Source: Octopus bimaculoides (taxonomy: Eukaryota). From it: a stretch of DNA of 37,375 bases. Below are positions 1 to 12,620 of the stretch, piece by piece (within the stretch, counting starts at the first letter, position 1; each line of letters starts with the position of its first letter). The notes beneath the pieces were generated by a model, which was not told the origin of the DNA, searched no databases, and saw nothing but the letters and a program-made list of their open reading frames with translations. A program made the position numbers and the translations under genes. The stretch is taken from positions 46,469,903-46,507,277 of the forward strand of contig NC_068993.1 of NCBI RefSeq assembly GCF_001194135.2, read 5' to 3'.

Positions 1-50
<50 letters not shown>

Positions 51-554
51 CCTGATTCAGTAATTGTGCCATGCTAGGGCCTCCTCTTAACGAGTTGTTT
101 AGCCGATCAAATTGACCCCAATATATTTTTCTTAAAAAGTCTGATACTTATTCTATCCATGTCTTTAATCAAACGGATCATTTACGTGTCCTTAAATCAA
201 TAAACTCCGGTTTTGATGCTGTGGAGAGAGACAAACATAAACACAAGGATCGTGTGTGTCTGTGTTTGTTTGTGTATGCACGTGCATGTGGAAACAAATT
301 AACATTCAGTACAGTTTTATAGTTACAGTTTTAAGTCTTTATTTCTATTACCATTTTACAAATTTATTAAACGTATTAAACTTTTTTTTTATTAAAGTTG
401 TAACATTTCTGGTGTAATGTATAACGTTCAGTGGAGGAAGCTCATGTTATTCAAGTAGTGGAAACTAATCATATATTTTCTGTTGCCGTACCTCACGTGT
501 AATGATTCGGCATACTACTGAACAAAATATCACATACGGAGATGAAAACAACAA

Positions 555-598
555 CAACAACAATAATAATAATAATCATCATAATCATAATAATAATC

Positions 599-639
<41 letters not shown>

Positions 640-640
640 C
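555..640. repeat. (AAT/CAT)n microsatellite
   Basis: Direct inspection. Confidence 0.97.
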
Positions 641-779
641 TTTTTGCTAACCACAAGGGCCGACAAATATAAGATTGGACATTACACAACATGAAGGACA
701 AAGTGAGGTTACATAAAATGTCATGTAAAAAAAGTCAATAACATTGAAAAATATAACAAAGAAAATGCTTAAAGGAGGC

Positions 780-1575
780 AAGCAACACTGGGCAACTCAT
801 GGAGACCCCACGAAATTTTCATATTGGCGGCACCAGATCAAAGTTTGTTTACCAAAAACTACAAGGCTAACGTCCTTCAAAACGGTTCTGATCTTAAATG
901 CAGATTCTGCGATACGTTTGACGGAACAATAGACCACCTCGTCTCGGGATGTGCTGTGCTGACACCAAGTGAATCAAAAATTCGCCACGATAGGGTAGGA
1001 CAGTATTTACATTGGAAAATGTGGTAACACTACAAAATCAGTACACCTGCTACTGGTATGAACATCCTGCGCCAGTCGTTTAATATAAAAATGTCACTAT
1101 CCTCTGGGATAGAAGATCCAAGCTAATCGACCGGATAATTATAGTCATTAAAGACAGGGAAGAAAATACTTGCAGACTAATAGATGTAAGTGTTCCCAGT
1201 AATAAAATATATCTGTAAAGGAATTTAATAAATTAAGTAAACATATGAACCTGGAATTTAAAACACATGGCATCTTAAATCGAGAGCTGTTCCTGTTATT
1301 GTGGGTGCCTTAAGTATGATATAAAAGGGATGTCAGAAACATCTAGATGATATCTCAGGAGAACCATGTCTCAGAGAAATCCAAAAGATTGCTGACAAAT
1401 ATTGCCAACATCCTTTTAAATGTCTGTGTTTTATTACATAAAGATATTTCTCTACTGCCCCTGCCACTTCCCCACTCTAAGCGTTCAGTCATACTGTAGT
1501 ACACATTATCCTTCACCCACCCTAGGACGTTGTGTGTGTGTCTCAGCAAGTGATTGTAACAAACATGCAGATTAA
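780..1575 (+). mobile_element. 3' fragment of an RLE-type non-LTR retrotransposon (R4/Dong/NeSL-like), decayed
   Basis: FILAAPDQSL...CRFC...DHLVSGC...RHDRVGQYLHW (CCHC knuckle), then ANRPD..IK...CRLIDVSVP (PD-D/ExK) and VPVIVGAL. Ends in a long (TAA)n tract. Confidence 0.85.
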
Positions 1576-1581
1576 AAGTAA

Positions 1582-1602
1582 ATAATGATAATGATGATGA
1601 TG

Positions 1603-1682
<80 letters not shown>

Positions 1683-1705
1683 TAATAATAATAATAATTA
1701 ATAAT
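1582..1705. repeat. (AAT)n microsatellite (LINE tail)
   Basis: Direct inspection. Confidence 0.97.
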
Positions 1706-1775
1706 GTTGTTTTTCATAGAATATATTTCATAGTCTTATAGTATAATATATTTTGAATAAGTTGGTACGTTTTCT

Positions 1776-2115
1776 TTAGCTAGTAGCAAAAAGAATACTT
1801 AGAATTAATAACCAACTGAGATAAATATTTGAAACTGCTCTCGGTCCTTCATTTGTTCCACTTCGAAGTTTTGCATTGGTTTTGTTACTGCCATAGCCAA
1901 TAGTTGTGTCCCTACCATGTTCAGTCGTTTTACTGCCATAGTCAACAGTTGTGCTGCTGCCATAGTCAACAGTTGTGTAGCTGCCATTGTTCTTGATTAC
2001 TTCACATCTCTTCGGAAGTTGGTCAGTCATATATTCATGAAATACAGCAGCCAGTGTCTCTGAACAGTTGCTTAAAGGTTGCTTCAGTACATTTTCAATA
2101 AAGAATGGCCATATC
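1776..2115 (-). CDS. Host gene terminal exon 5: end of Cys domain, Thr/Ser-rich repeat stalk, hydrophobic C-terminus (probable GPI signal)
   Basis: Acceptor (T)n-gcccttacag|G; IWPFFIENV...CEVIKNNGSYTTVDYGSSTTVDYGSK...AVSNIYLSWLLILSILFATS*. The joined CDS is 783 nt, giving 260 aa with no internal stop. Confidence 0.9.
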
Positions 2116-2165
2116 CTGTAAGGGCAAAAAAAAAAAAATACCAAATTGAAGTTTAGTGTCAGTTT

Positions 2166-2376
2166 CATGGAGTGCTGAAAATCTCCTGGCTTTACGGGTT
2201 TCATGAAAGGCCTGGTTGCAGGCCCAACCTTCCGAGTTCCATTACAAGGCTTAGAAAAGTGAAGGACCACTGCAATAAGTGTGTGAATCTGAGAGGAGAA
2301 TATGATGAATAAAATCATAATTAACTCCTGTATTTTCTTTAAGCCAAAGCCAAGAACTTTTCAGCACCATCTCGTA
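2166..2376 (-). mobile_element. Same MITE family, in host intron 4
   Basis: gtgctgaaaatctcctggcttt ... aagccaagaacttttcagcaccatctcgTA; interior is the reverse complement of copy 1. Confidence 0.8.
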
Positions 2377-2870
2377 TATCAGAAATATGAGGTCAGTGCC
2401 AAAATTAATGTATGAGATTGGAGCCTAATTTAATATAGTTTGCTGACGGAGTGTACTGAATTTTCCTCTTTTTTAAATAGAATTATACATTTACAATAAA
2501 ATGTCTGCTCGTGTATAAATCACAATATGTTATACTTGAGTCTTAACTGAAAACACAGACCCACGACCTATATGCGGCGAAGCAAAAACTATGCAAGAAA
2601 ATTTTTGCATCATGTTTTATATACGAATAACTGTATGTATGGGTGGGTGTGTGTGTGTGTGTGCGAGTGTGTGTTTGTGTGTGTGTGTTTGTGTGTGTGT
2701 GTGTGCGGGCGTGCGTGCGTGTGTGGTTTACTTCTCATAGTAGACTTCATGCAGGATCCGAATTTCAGAAGGATGAGGGATTAGACTAAATACTGTACAA
2801 CGCTCTGTATCATATTCTCAATCCTCAGTCAAATGCTATAAAAAGAATGAAATATGTTGTAGTTACGTAC

Positions 2871-2994
2871 CCACATGCAGTTAGCAGTGTTGTCACATTA
2901 TTGTCCTGTCTCATTTTATGTAACTCCTCGGTGAAGACAGATAAATTAAAGTTCACTTTATTTTTCTCATAACACGGGAGGCTGTAATGTACAT
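2871..2994 (-). CDS. Host gene exon 4 (VHYSLPCYEKNKVNFNLSVFTEELHKMRQDNNVTTLLTAC)
   Basis: Acceptor cttcattctatttcag|, donor GG|GTACGT, 124 nt. Ends in phase 2 (GG+G=Gly). Confidence 0.88.
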
Positions 2995-3114
2995 CTGAAA
3001 TAGAATGAAGCAAAAACGAGATTTACTTGAATATCTTACATTTAAAATTCGTATACAGATGTGTGTTTATGTATGCGTGCAGCGTGTATGTAAGTATGTG
3101 TGTATATACGCATG

Positions 3115-3258
3115 GGTGTGTGCTAAGAAGCTTACTTCCCAACCACATGGTTCCAGGTTCAGTCCCACAGCATGGGACATTGGGCAAGTGTCTTCTACTA
3201 TAGCTTCAGTCCGACCAGAGCCTTGTGAGTGGATTTTGTAGACGGAAATTGAAAGACA
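3115..3258 (+). mobile_element. SINE family 1, 5' half
   Basis: Same consensus as 7895-8050. Confidence 0.85.
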
Positions 3259-3279
3259 CATACATACACACCCACACAC

Positions 3280-3307
3280 ATATATATGTATATATATATA
3301 TACATAC

Positions 3308-3364
<57 letters not shown>

Positions 3365-3410
3365 CGCGTGTGCGTGTGCGTGCGTGTGCGTGTGCGTGCG
3401 NNNNNNNNNN

Positions 3411-3466
<56 letters not shown>

Positions 3467-3500
3467 GTGTGTGTATGTGTGTGTGTGTGTGTGCGTGTGT
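3280..3500. repeat. Compound (TA)n/(TG)n microsatellite with a small gap
   Basis: Direct inspection. Confidence 0.97.
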
Positions 3501-3759
3501 GTATTGCAGCAGAAATCTTGAAAGAATAATGTTACTTCTGCACAAGAGCACATTATTTCCACATCCCACACACATAGGCATGGAAACATATGTACATGAA
3601 CATTATCATTATCAATAAATAACAAGCTAGACAAATATGCTTCTACCAAACCTAGAGATATGGAACCATAGTCCATTGCTGGAAAGATCCTAGCGGAGGC
3701 TAAGCTGAAAATGGCTTAGCTAATGTTATACTAAAAAGGTTCTGGCTAGGATTACACTC

Positions 3760-4700
3760 GGTTACTGGAAAGGTTGTAGCGATGGTTAAAATAATTGATC
3801 CGATCTGTAAAAACGTCATAAGAGAGTCACATTGCCGCTTCTTCTACAAAGACACAGGTCACAGTCGACATGATATTTGTTTCAAGCCAATTTTAAATGA
3901 AATGCAGTTAGCAAGACCAAAACCTGTTGAATTTATTTGTCGATCTGTCTGAATGTTTTGAAACTATAAACAGCTATTGATGAGATCAAATTGGTGAAAA
4001 TATCATGTCTGCCTATCCACCGTCGTAATGAACGAAGCTATATGTTTTTAAAACACATTTCTGGATCAAAATACAACAGCCAGTGCCATTGCATGTTTGA
4101 ATACGCATCATAAATACTCATCAGTATTTTACCCTAAGATTGTTTCAGGGGCGTATGTCTATTTAATACTCTGAGGATATATTATGACAGTTTCGAAATG
4201 AGGTTTACAATGGAGATTTTACAACAGATTAGCACCGATTGGAGATGAGCATCACTGCTGGCTGCACAATATCTTATTTATCTTAGTCATAGAGAAGATT
4301 TTGAAAGCCATGAATTTTTCAGAACAAATCGCTTATGTACAATCGCCTTCGAATGCCTTCAGGGATGACATGGCACTTCTATCAACAGACAAACAAATCA
4401 TGCATCCGATGCCATAATTGTTTACAGGTTTGGGTCGAAATGAATTAATGATAACTCTGATGTTAACCTCTTTTTTAATTCCTCGAATGCTTTCTGACAT
4501 TCGTTTGTCCAGTCCCATTTCGTGTCTTACCTTAACAAATTATTCAACGGAGCTCTTAGCTCATACATTTTAGGTATGTACAGCTGGTAATAACTTATCA
4601 GACATAAAAATGTTTGTAATGTTGTTTTGTTAGTGGGAACAGGCATAATTTTATGGCGTTGACCCTAGAAGATTCCGGTTTTTATCCGTTTTCATTGATC
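3760..4700 (-). mobile_element. Very degenerate coding-like remnant, possibly piggyBac transposase
   Basis: LDKRMSESIRG...FRPKPVNNYGIGCMICL...AFEG loosely resembles the piggyBac DE.M.PF.G / KP.KYG.K..LC region. No TIR or TTAA identified. Confidence 0.3.
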
Positions 4701-4809
4701 ACCTGTGCCAAGTACTTTATTTTTGTTTAAAAAATCACATTTATTTTCGCTTACTTTAAATCCATTGTCGCGGATTTTTGTGAAAACATTTTTTGCTCAA
4801 TATGCTGGT

Positions 4810-5040
4810 CTCTCGATTAACTTTTGATCAATATGTCATCCAACTATGAGACCCCAAACTCACAGTCTGCTAGCACAATGTCCATGACTTGCTGAAATAT
4901 TGCTGGTGTGACCTTAACCCCAAATGACAGTCTTTTGAAACAGTACAGATCTTTATGAGCGTTAACTGTTAATACACATTCCTCATCTACCAGTAATTGG
5001 AGGTAGGCCTCTGACAAATTTTCCCACCATTGCACTTAGA
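4810..5040 (-). mobile_element. Ty3/Gypsy reverse transcriptase fragment
   Basis: LSEAYLQL.VDEEC..LTVNAHKDLYCFKRLSFGVKVTPAIFQQVMD.VL.DCEF..S*LDDILI (YLDD motif disrupted). Confidence 0.85.
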
Positions 5041-5306
5041 AAATATTTCTTCTGGCCTTGGGAGTGGATACTTGTAATTTTTTAAACAATCATCTCAAAT
5101 TTATAGACATGTCAAACTCTACATGTCAAACCGTCGTTTGCTGTTACAGTGCTGCTGCTTTATACCTCAAACTGTGCATACTTGAACGATACGTGTTTGG
5201 CCCATGACACAACAGCTTACCTTTGAGTGTTCACGAATGACAGTCATATTTATTGTTAGTTAGATACACTTTTACCTCTGAGAAAGACGAAAAACTAAGA
5301 TCTTAC

Positions 5307-5455
5307 CTTCTTTGCGTTCACAAAATTTTTTGTTAAGTTCATCATAAATATCGACATCAGTTCCGTTAAGAAAGTCTCGTTCGGAAAATTCGTCACACGC
5401 ATTTGTTGCATTACGTTGGCAATCAAGAATCTTTTGTTTGTCACTTATTTTGTCA
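5307..5455 (-). CDS. Host gene exon 3 (DKISDKQKILDCQRNATNACDEFSERDFLNGTDVDIYDELNKKFCERKE)
   Basis: Acceptor ttttatttatgtttctag|, donor AAG|GTAAGA, 149 nt, open frame. Ends in phase 1 (G+AT=Asp). Confidence 0.88.
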
Positions 5456-6359
5456 CTAGAAACATAAATAAAATTATACTGATATGATTTTCCTTTGACA
5501 TGATATGACTTTTAGTTTCATTCACATAGTCGCGATAGTCGCGGTAGTCTATAGAAATGACCCCCACCCACCCAGTAAGACATCAATTAAAATAGCACTC
5601 TGTATATCTTACGTAAAGTGGATATACTGTAGAAGCCACAGTACTGGGGGTATTCGTTTTTGAGAAAGCATCTCGTATAGATGTATACTGCGAAAAGTCA
5701 CAGAAATATCAGTGGCACCGATGGTGGCGGCGGTGGTGGTGGTGGTAGTGGTGGACGCTTTTCATGTGCTATTGATACACTTTTGTTCTTCTTAGCACTA
5801 TACGTCCTAACAAGAAGCTTCCTCAAGATGAATATTGTTGTTTTTGTGGCTTTAGATAGAATATCCACGTTAAGTAGGATGTAAAGAACGTGTTTCTTTT
5901 TTTCTGAACCAATAATACTTCAGCTATTAATAACGAATTAATTAAAATGATTGATAAACAGTAATTCCACCAGAATTGAATTTGACCATTACAAATTTAA
6001 TGTCACTAAACATAGAAAGGCCACTTGAACAAACAATGCTCATGCCCTGCTCTGTTGCTACTTCAGCCTTGATTAACATAGTCATGTTCAGTGGGGTTCC
6101 AGTCATAGCCAGCCCATCGGTTTTTTTTTTTTTTGTACGTGAAGGAAACGATTACATTATTTTAAGTATCTTTATAATTTATTGAAAACAGAAGATGTGA
6201 ATGAAGTTAGATTGCACTTATAGTATACTGCTTGTCTAGAGGCTCTGCCCTACGTGTAAAGAGAGCAATTCTAGCTCTGGCGAAATTTGAACGCAAATCA
6301 TCAAGAAACAAATGAAATATAGAAGAAGACGATGTTCTGCCGTGATTGCAAATACCACA

Positions 6360-7225
6360 GCAATTTTAGGGGTTGGGTAAACTGGTTACACCGACCCCAG
6401 TATTCAGCTGATACCTATTTTGTCGACTCCAAGGAGTGAAACGCAAAGTCGAACTAGGTGGACTATAAACTCTGAACGTAAAGATGGACGAAATGCTGTT
6501 AAACATTTTACCCGGCGTCCTAAAGTTTCCTCCGACTCGCCGCCATTATACCACAGTATATTTATTTCAAATTTTGGCACGAGGCCACTAATTTTGGAGA
6601 TGTTCTGAATCGATTAGATCGGCCCTCGATATTCAACTCGTACTTACTTTATCCACCCCAAAAGGATGAAAAGCAAAGTCGACCCCGGCCTTTGAACTCA
6701 GAACGTACAGTCGAAGAAAATGGCGCTAAACATTTTTTCCGCGGCAGTAACGAGTCTGTCAACTCGCCGCCTTAATACCACAGTATATTAAATTCCAATA
6801 TAAATACAATCCTTAAGGCAGCGAGCTGGCAGAAACGGTAGCACGCCGGGCGAAATGCTTAACGGTATTTCGTCTGTTTTTACGTTCTGAGTTCAAATTC
6901 CCCCGAGGTCGACTTTACCTTTCATCCTTTCGAGGTCGATAAATTAAGTACCAGTTGCGTACTGGGGTTGATTTAAACGACTGGCTCCCTCCCCCAAAAT
7001 TTCGGGCCTTGTGCCTAGAGTAGAAAAGAGTCTTTAGCACGCCGGACAAAATGCTTAGTAGTATTTCCTCCGTCTTTACGTTCTGAGTTCAAATTCCGCC
7101 GGTGGTGACCTTGCATTCCATTCTAGCGTGATCGATAAAATAGGTACCAGTTGAGTACTGGGGTGTATGTAGTCGACCTGCTCCTCCCCTAAAATTGCTG
7201 GTCCAGTGTCAAAATTTGAAATATA
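6360..7225. mobile_element. Cluster of four SINE family 2 copies: two minus (6360-6547, 6563-6774), then two plus (6813-7030, 7033-7225)
   Basis: Shared core tacgttctgagttcaaattcc..gaggtcgactttgcctttcatcc in all four. The 6563-6774 copy is flanked by the 15-bp direct repeat ATACCACAGTATATT (6548-6562, 6775-6789). Confidence 0.88.
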
Positions 7226-7504
7226 AATACAGGCCATAATGGTTTATAATAGTGCTTTTCAAAGTAAGCGGTACTCCACTTTGGGTGGAAACGAAAAATC
7301 TTATCTAGCTACTGGCAACAAAAGGGGTGATAGAGGTGACGATAGGTTCAGGTGAATTCTTTGTCAAGAGTTAAAATGAATTTAAACGAAATATTACAAT
7401 AAACTGCTTAGTAACCACAGACACAACATTTACAACATAATAATGAAAAAAACTTTGAAATGTGAATTAGTAAATACACAAGACTGAACGTGTGCGTACG
7501 CGTG

Positions 7505-8283
7505 TAGACATAGTTGTGTGGTTTGCTTTGCTATCACGTGTTTTCGATTTCGATCACACTCTGCGGCAACTTGGGCAAGGGTCTTGTACTAAAACCAGGG
7601 TCTATCGCACATTTTGTGAATAGGTTTGGGACAACGAAACTGTGTGGAAGCCTATCCTATATATTCATTTACATATATATGTGTGCGTGTTTGTGTTTGA
7701 CATTCCCGTGCTTAACAACTGGTATAAGTTTGGGTATGTCCCCGTATGATTCCCGTTCGGTAAAAAGACCGATAGAATAAGTATGAGATGTAAAAATAAA
7801 ATTAGATATTGGGAGGTGGGTGAGAGAGGAGCGATTTGTTTCAAGAAACCCTTCAAAACAGTACCCCAGTGACTGAAACAAATGAAAGTAAAAGGCGTGG
7901 CTGTGTGGTAAGAAGTTTGCTTCACAACCACATGTTTCCTGGTTCAGTCCCACTGCGTTGCACCTTGGGCGTCTTCTACTATAGCTTCGGGCCGACCAAA
8001 GCCTTGTAAGTGGATTTGGTAGAAGGAAACTGAAAGAAGGCCATCGTATAAGTGTCTTTATGTCTGTATTTCCCCATCACCACCATTTGACAACCGGTGT
8101 CGGTGTGTTTACGTCCCGTAATCTAGCGGTTCGACCAAATAGACTGATAGTTTAAGTACCATGCTTAACAAAAAATAACTATTGGGGTCGAGTATTGGAG
8201 TCGATTCATTCGACTAAAAGAAATTATTCAATGTGGCGCTCCACCATGGCTGCAGTCTAATGACAGAAACATGTAAAAGAAAT
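7505..8283 (+). mobile_element. Two tandem SINE family 1 copies (older 7505-7895, younger 7895-8283)
   Basis: gtgtggtaagaagtttgcttcacaaccacatg..ggttcagtcccactgcg..ccttgggc..tcttctactatagc..ccgaccaaagccttgt..ggatttggtag; motif recurs at least 7 times in the window. Confidence 0.8.
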
Positions 8284-8284
8284 A

Positions 8285-8361
8285 CAGGGTGTCTATAAAG
8301 TCTCTTTACAATATGGAGTTTAAAAGCATGAAACTTGTAACGTTAATTTCTGGACACCATG
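8285..8361. mobile_element. ~77-bp Tc1/mariner-type mini-MITE
   Basis: TA-CAGGGTGTC ... GACACCATG-TA inverted termini. Confidence 0.55.
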
Positions 8362-8366
8362 TATAT

Positions 8367-8741
8367 GTTGTTGGCACTCCGTCGCTTTCGACGTCGAGGG
8401 TTCCAGTCGATCCGATCAACGGAACAGCCTGCTCGTGAAATTAACGTGCAAGTGGCTGAGCACTCCACAGACGCGTGTACCTTTAACGTAGTTCTCGGGG
8501 ATATTCAGCGTGACACAATGTGACAAGGTTGACCCTTTGAAATACAGGCACAACAGAAACAGGAAGAAAGAGTGAGAGAAATTTGTGGCGAAAGAGTACA
8601 GCAGAGTTCGCCACCATCCCCTGCCGGAACCTCGTGAAGCTTTAGGTGTTTTCGCTCAATAAACGCTCACAACGCCCGGTCTGGGAATCGAAACCGCGAT
8701 CCTATGACCGCTGCCCTAACCACTGGGCCATTGCGCCTCCA
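8367..8741 (-). mobile_element. tRNA-derived SINE, family 3, with 12-bp TSD
   Basis: Minus head with A box TGGCCCAGTGG and B-box-like GGTTTCGATTCC. 3' domain shared with 33650-33790. Flanked by caccatgtatat / caccctgtatat. Confidence 0.8.
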
Positions 8742-9033
8742 CACCCTGTATATACCAGGTAAGCATATAAAGTATTAACAATAAACTAATTTAAAACAAA
8801 AATTGTCAATATTTTTGATTATTTCCATACAATCAACAAAACCGGCCACTCGGAAACTGCAGAAATAGCATTTGGTTACACCTTTAATTTGTGTAACTAT
8901 GGAGGATGTTTGCTTTTGCTGAATCGTAGCAAACAGATGCTGGAAAAATCGTTAGTAATAGAAAGGGGAACGATATTTACAAGAAGCTTGAGAATTATTG
9001 ACCAATAAGAAAGTAGCGGATATATCAACTTAC

Positions 9034-9169
9034 CTGCATATATAATCGAGTTTATCTCTTAACTCATTAATATTAGAGAATTCCGTAAAGAAAGCTTTGC
9101 ATTCCAAATAGTTGACTTTTGCCTCAAGTAAGCAACCATGGCATATTGGTATACACAGAAGAAATGTAA
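9034..9169 (-). CDS. Host gene exon 2 (TFLLCIPICHGCLLEAKVNYLECKAFFTEFSNINELRDKLDYIC)
   Basis: Acceptor cattttgcatttcag|, donor AG|GTAAGT, 136 nt, open frame. Ends in phase 2 (AG+T=Ser), matching exon 3. Confidence 0.85.
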
Positions 9170-9214
9170 CTGAAATGCAAAATGTTTAAACGATTAATCA
9201 AAGTATCCTCACCT

Positions 9215-9590
<376 letters not shown>

Positions 9591-9621
9591 ACACTAATAC
9601 ATTAATATATATACATATTCG

Positions 9622-9742
9622 ACGGCATGTTTTTCAGCTTCCGTCTGCCAAATCCACTCACAAGGACTTGGCAGACCCAAGGTGTCACGCAGTGGGTCTG
9701 AATCCAGAACCATGCGGTTGGAAAGCAAACTTCTTACCACAT
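9622..9742 (-). mobile_element. SINE family 1, 5' half
   Basis: Reverse complement of the family 1 consensus. Confidence 0.8.
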
Positions 9743-10149
9743 ACCTTTTTCTTTAACATTATTATTCTTATTATTATTGAGTGAGTGTGAGAACGATGCA
9801 TGTCATCAAAGGGACATTCGGGTACAAATATACGAAGCCCAATATATCCATCATGACTACCTGTCTGATAAGGGTACACCAGGCACATGCCTCACAACCA
9901 TATGTGGGCGATATGGTGCCCTCATATCATGATAAACAGCGCATGACCTTGCAGGTGGGGCCCAGTTAGAATTTTCTTCAGGTCGAGTAGCCCATCCCGC
10001 TCAACAGGTCCCTGAGTGAAGGTTGCTTAAGGATGATGAATGAAATACCTACGTTTCCAAAGGTGAATTATCCAAACCCAAAAGAATTTCTCTCAACACA
10101 TGTTTATGATGTTTCCCCTCTACTCTTGCTTGTGATCAGAGATGCACAT

Positions 10150-12330
10150 ATCGTCCGCCACTAAGGGATATGCTCAACTGGTTACGGTCAAGCAAGTGAC
10201 TGTCCAGCAAAAAATTAATTTGCAGACAGTTCACTATAAAATTATTGGTATCAAAAGTAGAAGAGCAGAGCAGGCAGCACACAAGCAAATTAAAAATTAT
10301 TTAAGACCAGTTTGGAAAACCAAAATCTATGCGGCCAGCAGAAACTGTCGAAGTGAGGTTCGTGTCAGAGAAGGTGGCCAAAAATCACTCAACAACCATC
10401 ATTTACCATTTACCTTTTACCATCTCTATTTACCATTTACCTTACTAAACATAATGGCAGAAATAAACATTTGCTGGTTGGTGGCTGCGATTCTTTCCGA
10501 CATAGAAGCGAAAACTACTATTCTGCGAATAGGGAGAATGCAGAATCAGAACTGATTAGGATAGGTAATGCAGCTACTACTAGAAGCAGACCATCCAAGC
10601 GTCGAGGCCATCCCAGACTACATAAGCCTGCTAAATGGCACAAAGCTTCGGCTGTTGAGGGCAGAAGGCAAGATGTCACCTGTGCGGAAACGCAAATCAC
10701 CTCAAAGCTTTCTGCCCACAACAAAGAGAGAAGCGCGCACCCTATTTTGCTGGCGTCACCACCACCACAACAATAACAACATCAACAACAACAACAGCAC
10801 CAGCAGAAACAGGTAATCACTACAGCTGAAAAACAACAGTAACAGCAGTAGAAGCAACTGCAATCACAGCAGCACCGACAACAGTAGCAGTAACAAAAAC
10901 AATAAGAAAGCAATAGTGGAAGCAAAAAAAGTAAACACAACAGAGAACATACGAATATCTATGGCTTCCACATACCATACAGCAGCAAAAACAACCTCAT
11001 CAGAATCCCTCACAACAACATTATCAACAGAAAGACAGCAAAAAGTTTGGGGTAGTATATGAATATGTTGTCCAAAATTTAAATTTACCACCTACACGGA
11101 CTACAACTTGGGATCTGTATGGTCGACATATGTAGACGTCGTAGGAGGGCCCCCGGTTCCTGGAAGCAGAACGTGTCGACACATCGCGCCGAGCTTGCAG
11201 AGACCAGATTAGCGAATTAGTTAAGCGGGAATTAAGGGATCAATTATAAGCAACAAATGGCAGTTCGTCCTGAGGAAAGCGACTGGATTAGAATCAATTA
11301 GATTTAGTTGTGAAGATAAACACAAAGTGAATAGTAACTTAAAGGGACACTTTGGATAAGCATTGCAGCCGAGGTACTCTCGATAACATAGGCACTTGAC
11401 CAATTCTTATGTGTGAAGCACTATGGCTGCATGTTTAGGGCTAAGGCTTGTACTCTAAGATACAAAGGAACAAAGCAGGGTGATGGCCCCAAGTGGCTGA
11501 GGTGCAAAATAGCAACAAAGACACAATTCGGTCTATGGTGGAACATAATAGCCACACCACTGGTTACTCAAGCAGATGGATTCGGTGTGTCAGCACCACT
11601 TCATTGACTGTTCTAGACATTTGGTGGGCCGGAATGCAGGATAGATTTCAGTTCCACCAGAAAGAAACTAAACAAAGGGGAACCAAATAAAGGATTTTAG
11701 GCCCATAACTATAAAACGCATACTTCAAACTTTTGGCCAAAGTATTAGCAAAGAGGTCGGTCCCTGGGGATGCGCAAACATGCACCTCCCTGAATAGATC
11801 TATCTTCGACAACCTACACCTCATGCGAAACATGTATTGCAAGAGGTGTAGGTGTAGGTGAATTCCTGATCACCTTAGATTCAAAATTTTATATCCATCA
11901 AAATCTTACAATAGGGTAAATCACCAAACCCTGGCGCCTGTTCTCATAGCAATTAGTCTTGGTCCCGTCATCATACGCTCAGTTTGTCAAATCTTCCTCT
12001 TTCGTCTGTTCTGTAGGTATTACTCTTGAGCTACTGCTGCGAAAACTAGAGACATAAAAGGGCATTCTGCACGTGCTTGGAGTGAAAAAACTGTATAATC
12101 ATACGTTGGCGACGCCACCATCGTCGTGTTGGACACCAGACAGAAGGAGTTTATCGGTAGTATTCTGGGCCTCGATGATAATAAACAAGTTGATCTGTCC
12201 TGAAGCCATACATTTTTGGCCTGGCAGTGCTACTGGGGTGGAGAGGCATTACTCTACAGGCATGGTAGTGCTATCAGCTGGACTTGCCAGGCACATGAGC
12301 AGAGCGACTAAACTTTTCTGCACGTACTCA
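10150..12330 (+). mobile_element. Heavily decayed Tx1/L1-like LINE (ORF1-like region, APE trace, RT)
   Basis: ORF1-like WLVAAILSDIE...VEGRR; LAETRL (APE-like); KDFRPIT/FKLLAKVLAKR/QTC...RSIFDNLHLMR/LITLD (RT domains 1-2); YVGDATIVV (degenerate YADD). Confidence 0.7.
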
Positions 12331-12524
12331 TCTAGTTCCTGAGCATCGTTGACTTATGAAGTTCGGTCAAACACCTGCTGCCACGTTTAGGATGTATTCG
12401 GCTATCAGCTGAATTCGTCATGAAGATTATCCCACTGCTTTTCTGTGGCCGAGAAAGACAGACAGTGTTTATCTATCTTGTGGCCTTATAACACTCCTTT
12501 TTCTGTTTCCCTTATATATATATA

Positions 12525-12620
12525 TTCTAAGCCTTGTAAAGCAACTCGGAAGGTTAGGCCTCCAGCAAGGCCTTTTCCCCGACACCCTTCAATCCAGGAG
12601 CTATTCAGCACCCCACCTAT
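12525..12620 (+). mobile_element. Same MITE family, right half only
   Basis: ttctaagccttgtaaagcaactcggaagg...ccaggagctattcagcacccc. Confidence 0.6.

Noticed and set aside
1885-1990. CRISPR-like repeat array
   Set aside because: Units are adjacent with no spacers, lie in a coding exon, and the DNA is eukaryotic.
3067-3676. Many 70-160-aa ORFs rich in VC/HT/YI, also at 9124-9784, 19478-19937, 22272-22549 and 36606-37138
   Set aside because: Translations of di- and trinucleotide microsatellites.
10142-10816. ORFs of 137, 101 and 82 aa considered as the NS/Rep gene of the parvoviral insert
   Set aside because: No HUH or Walker A motif. They precede APE-like and RT motifs of a decayed Tx1/L1-like LINE and fit its ORF1.
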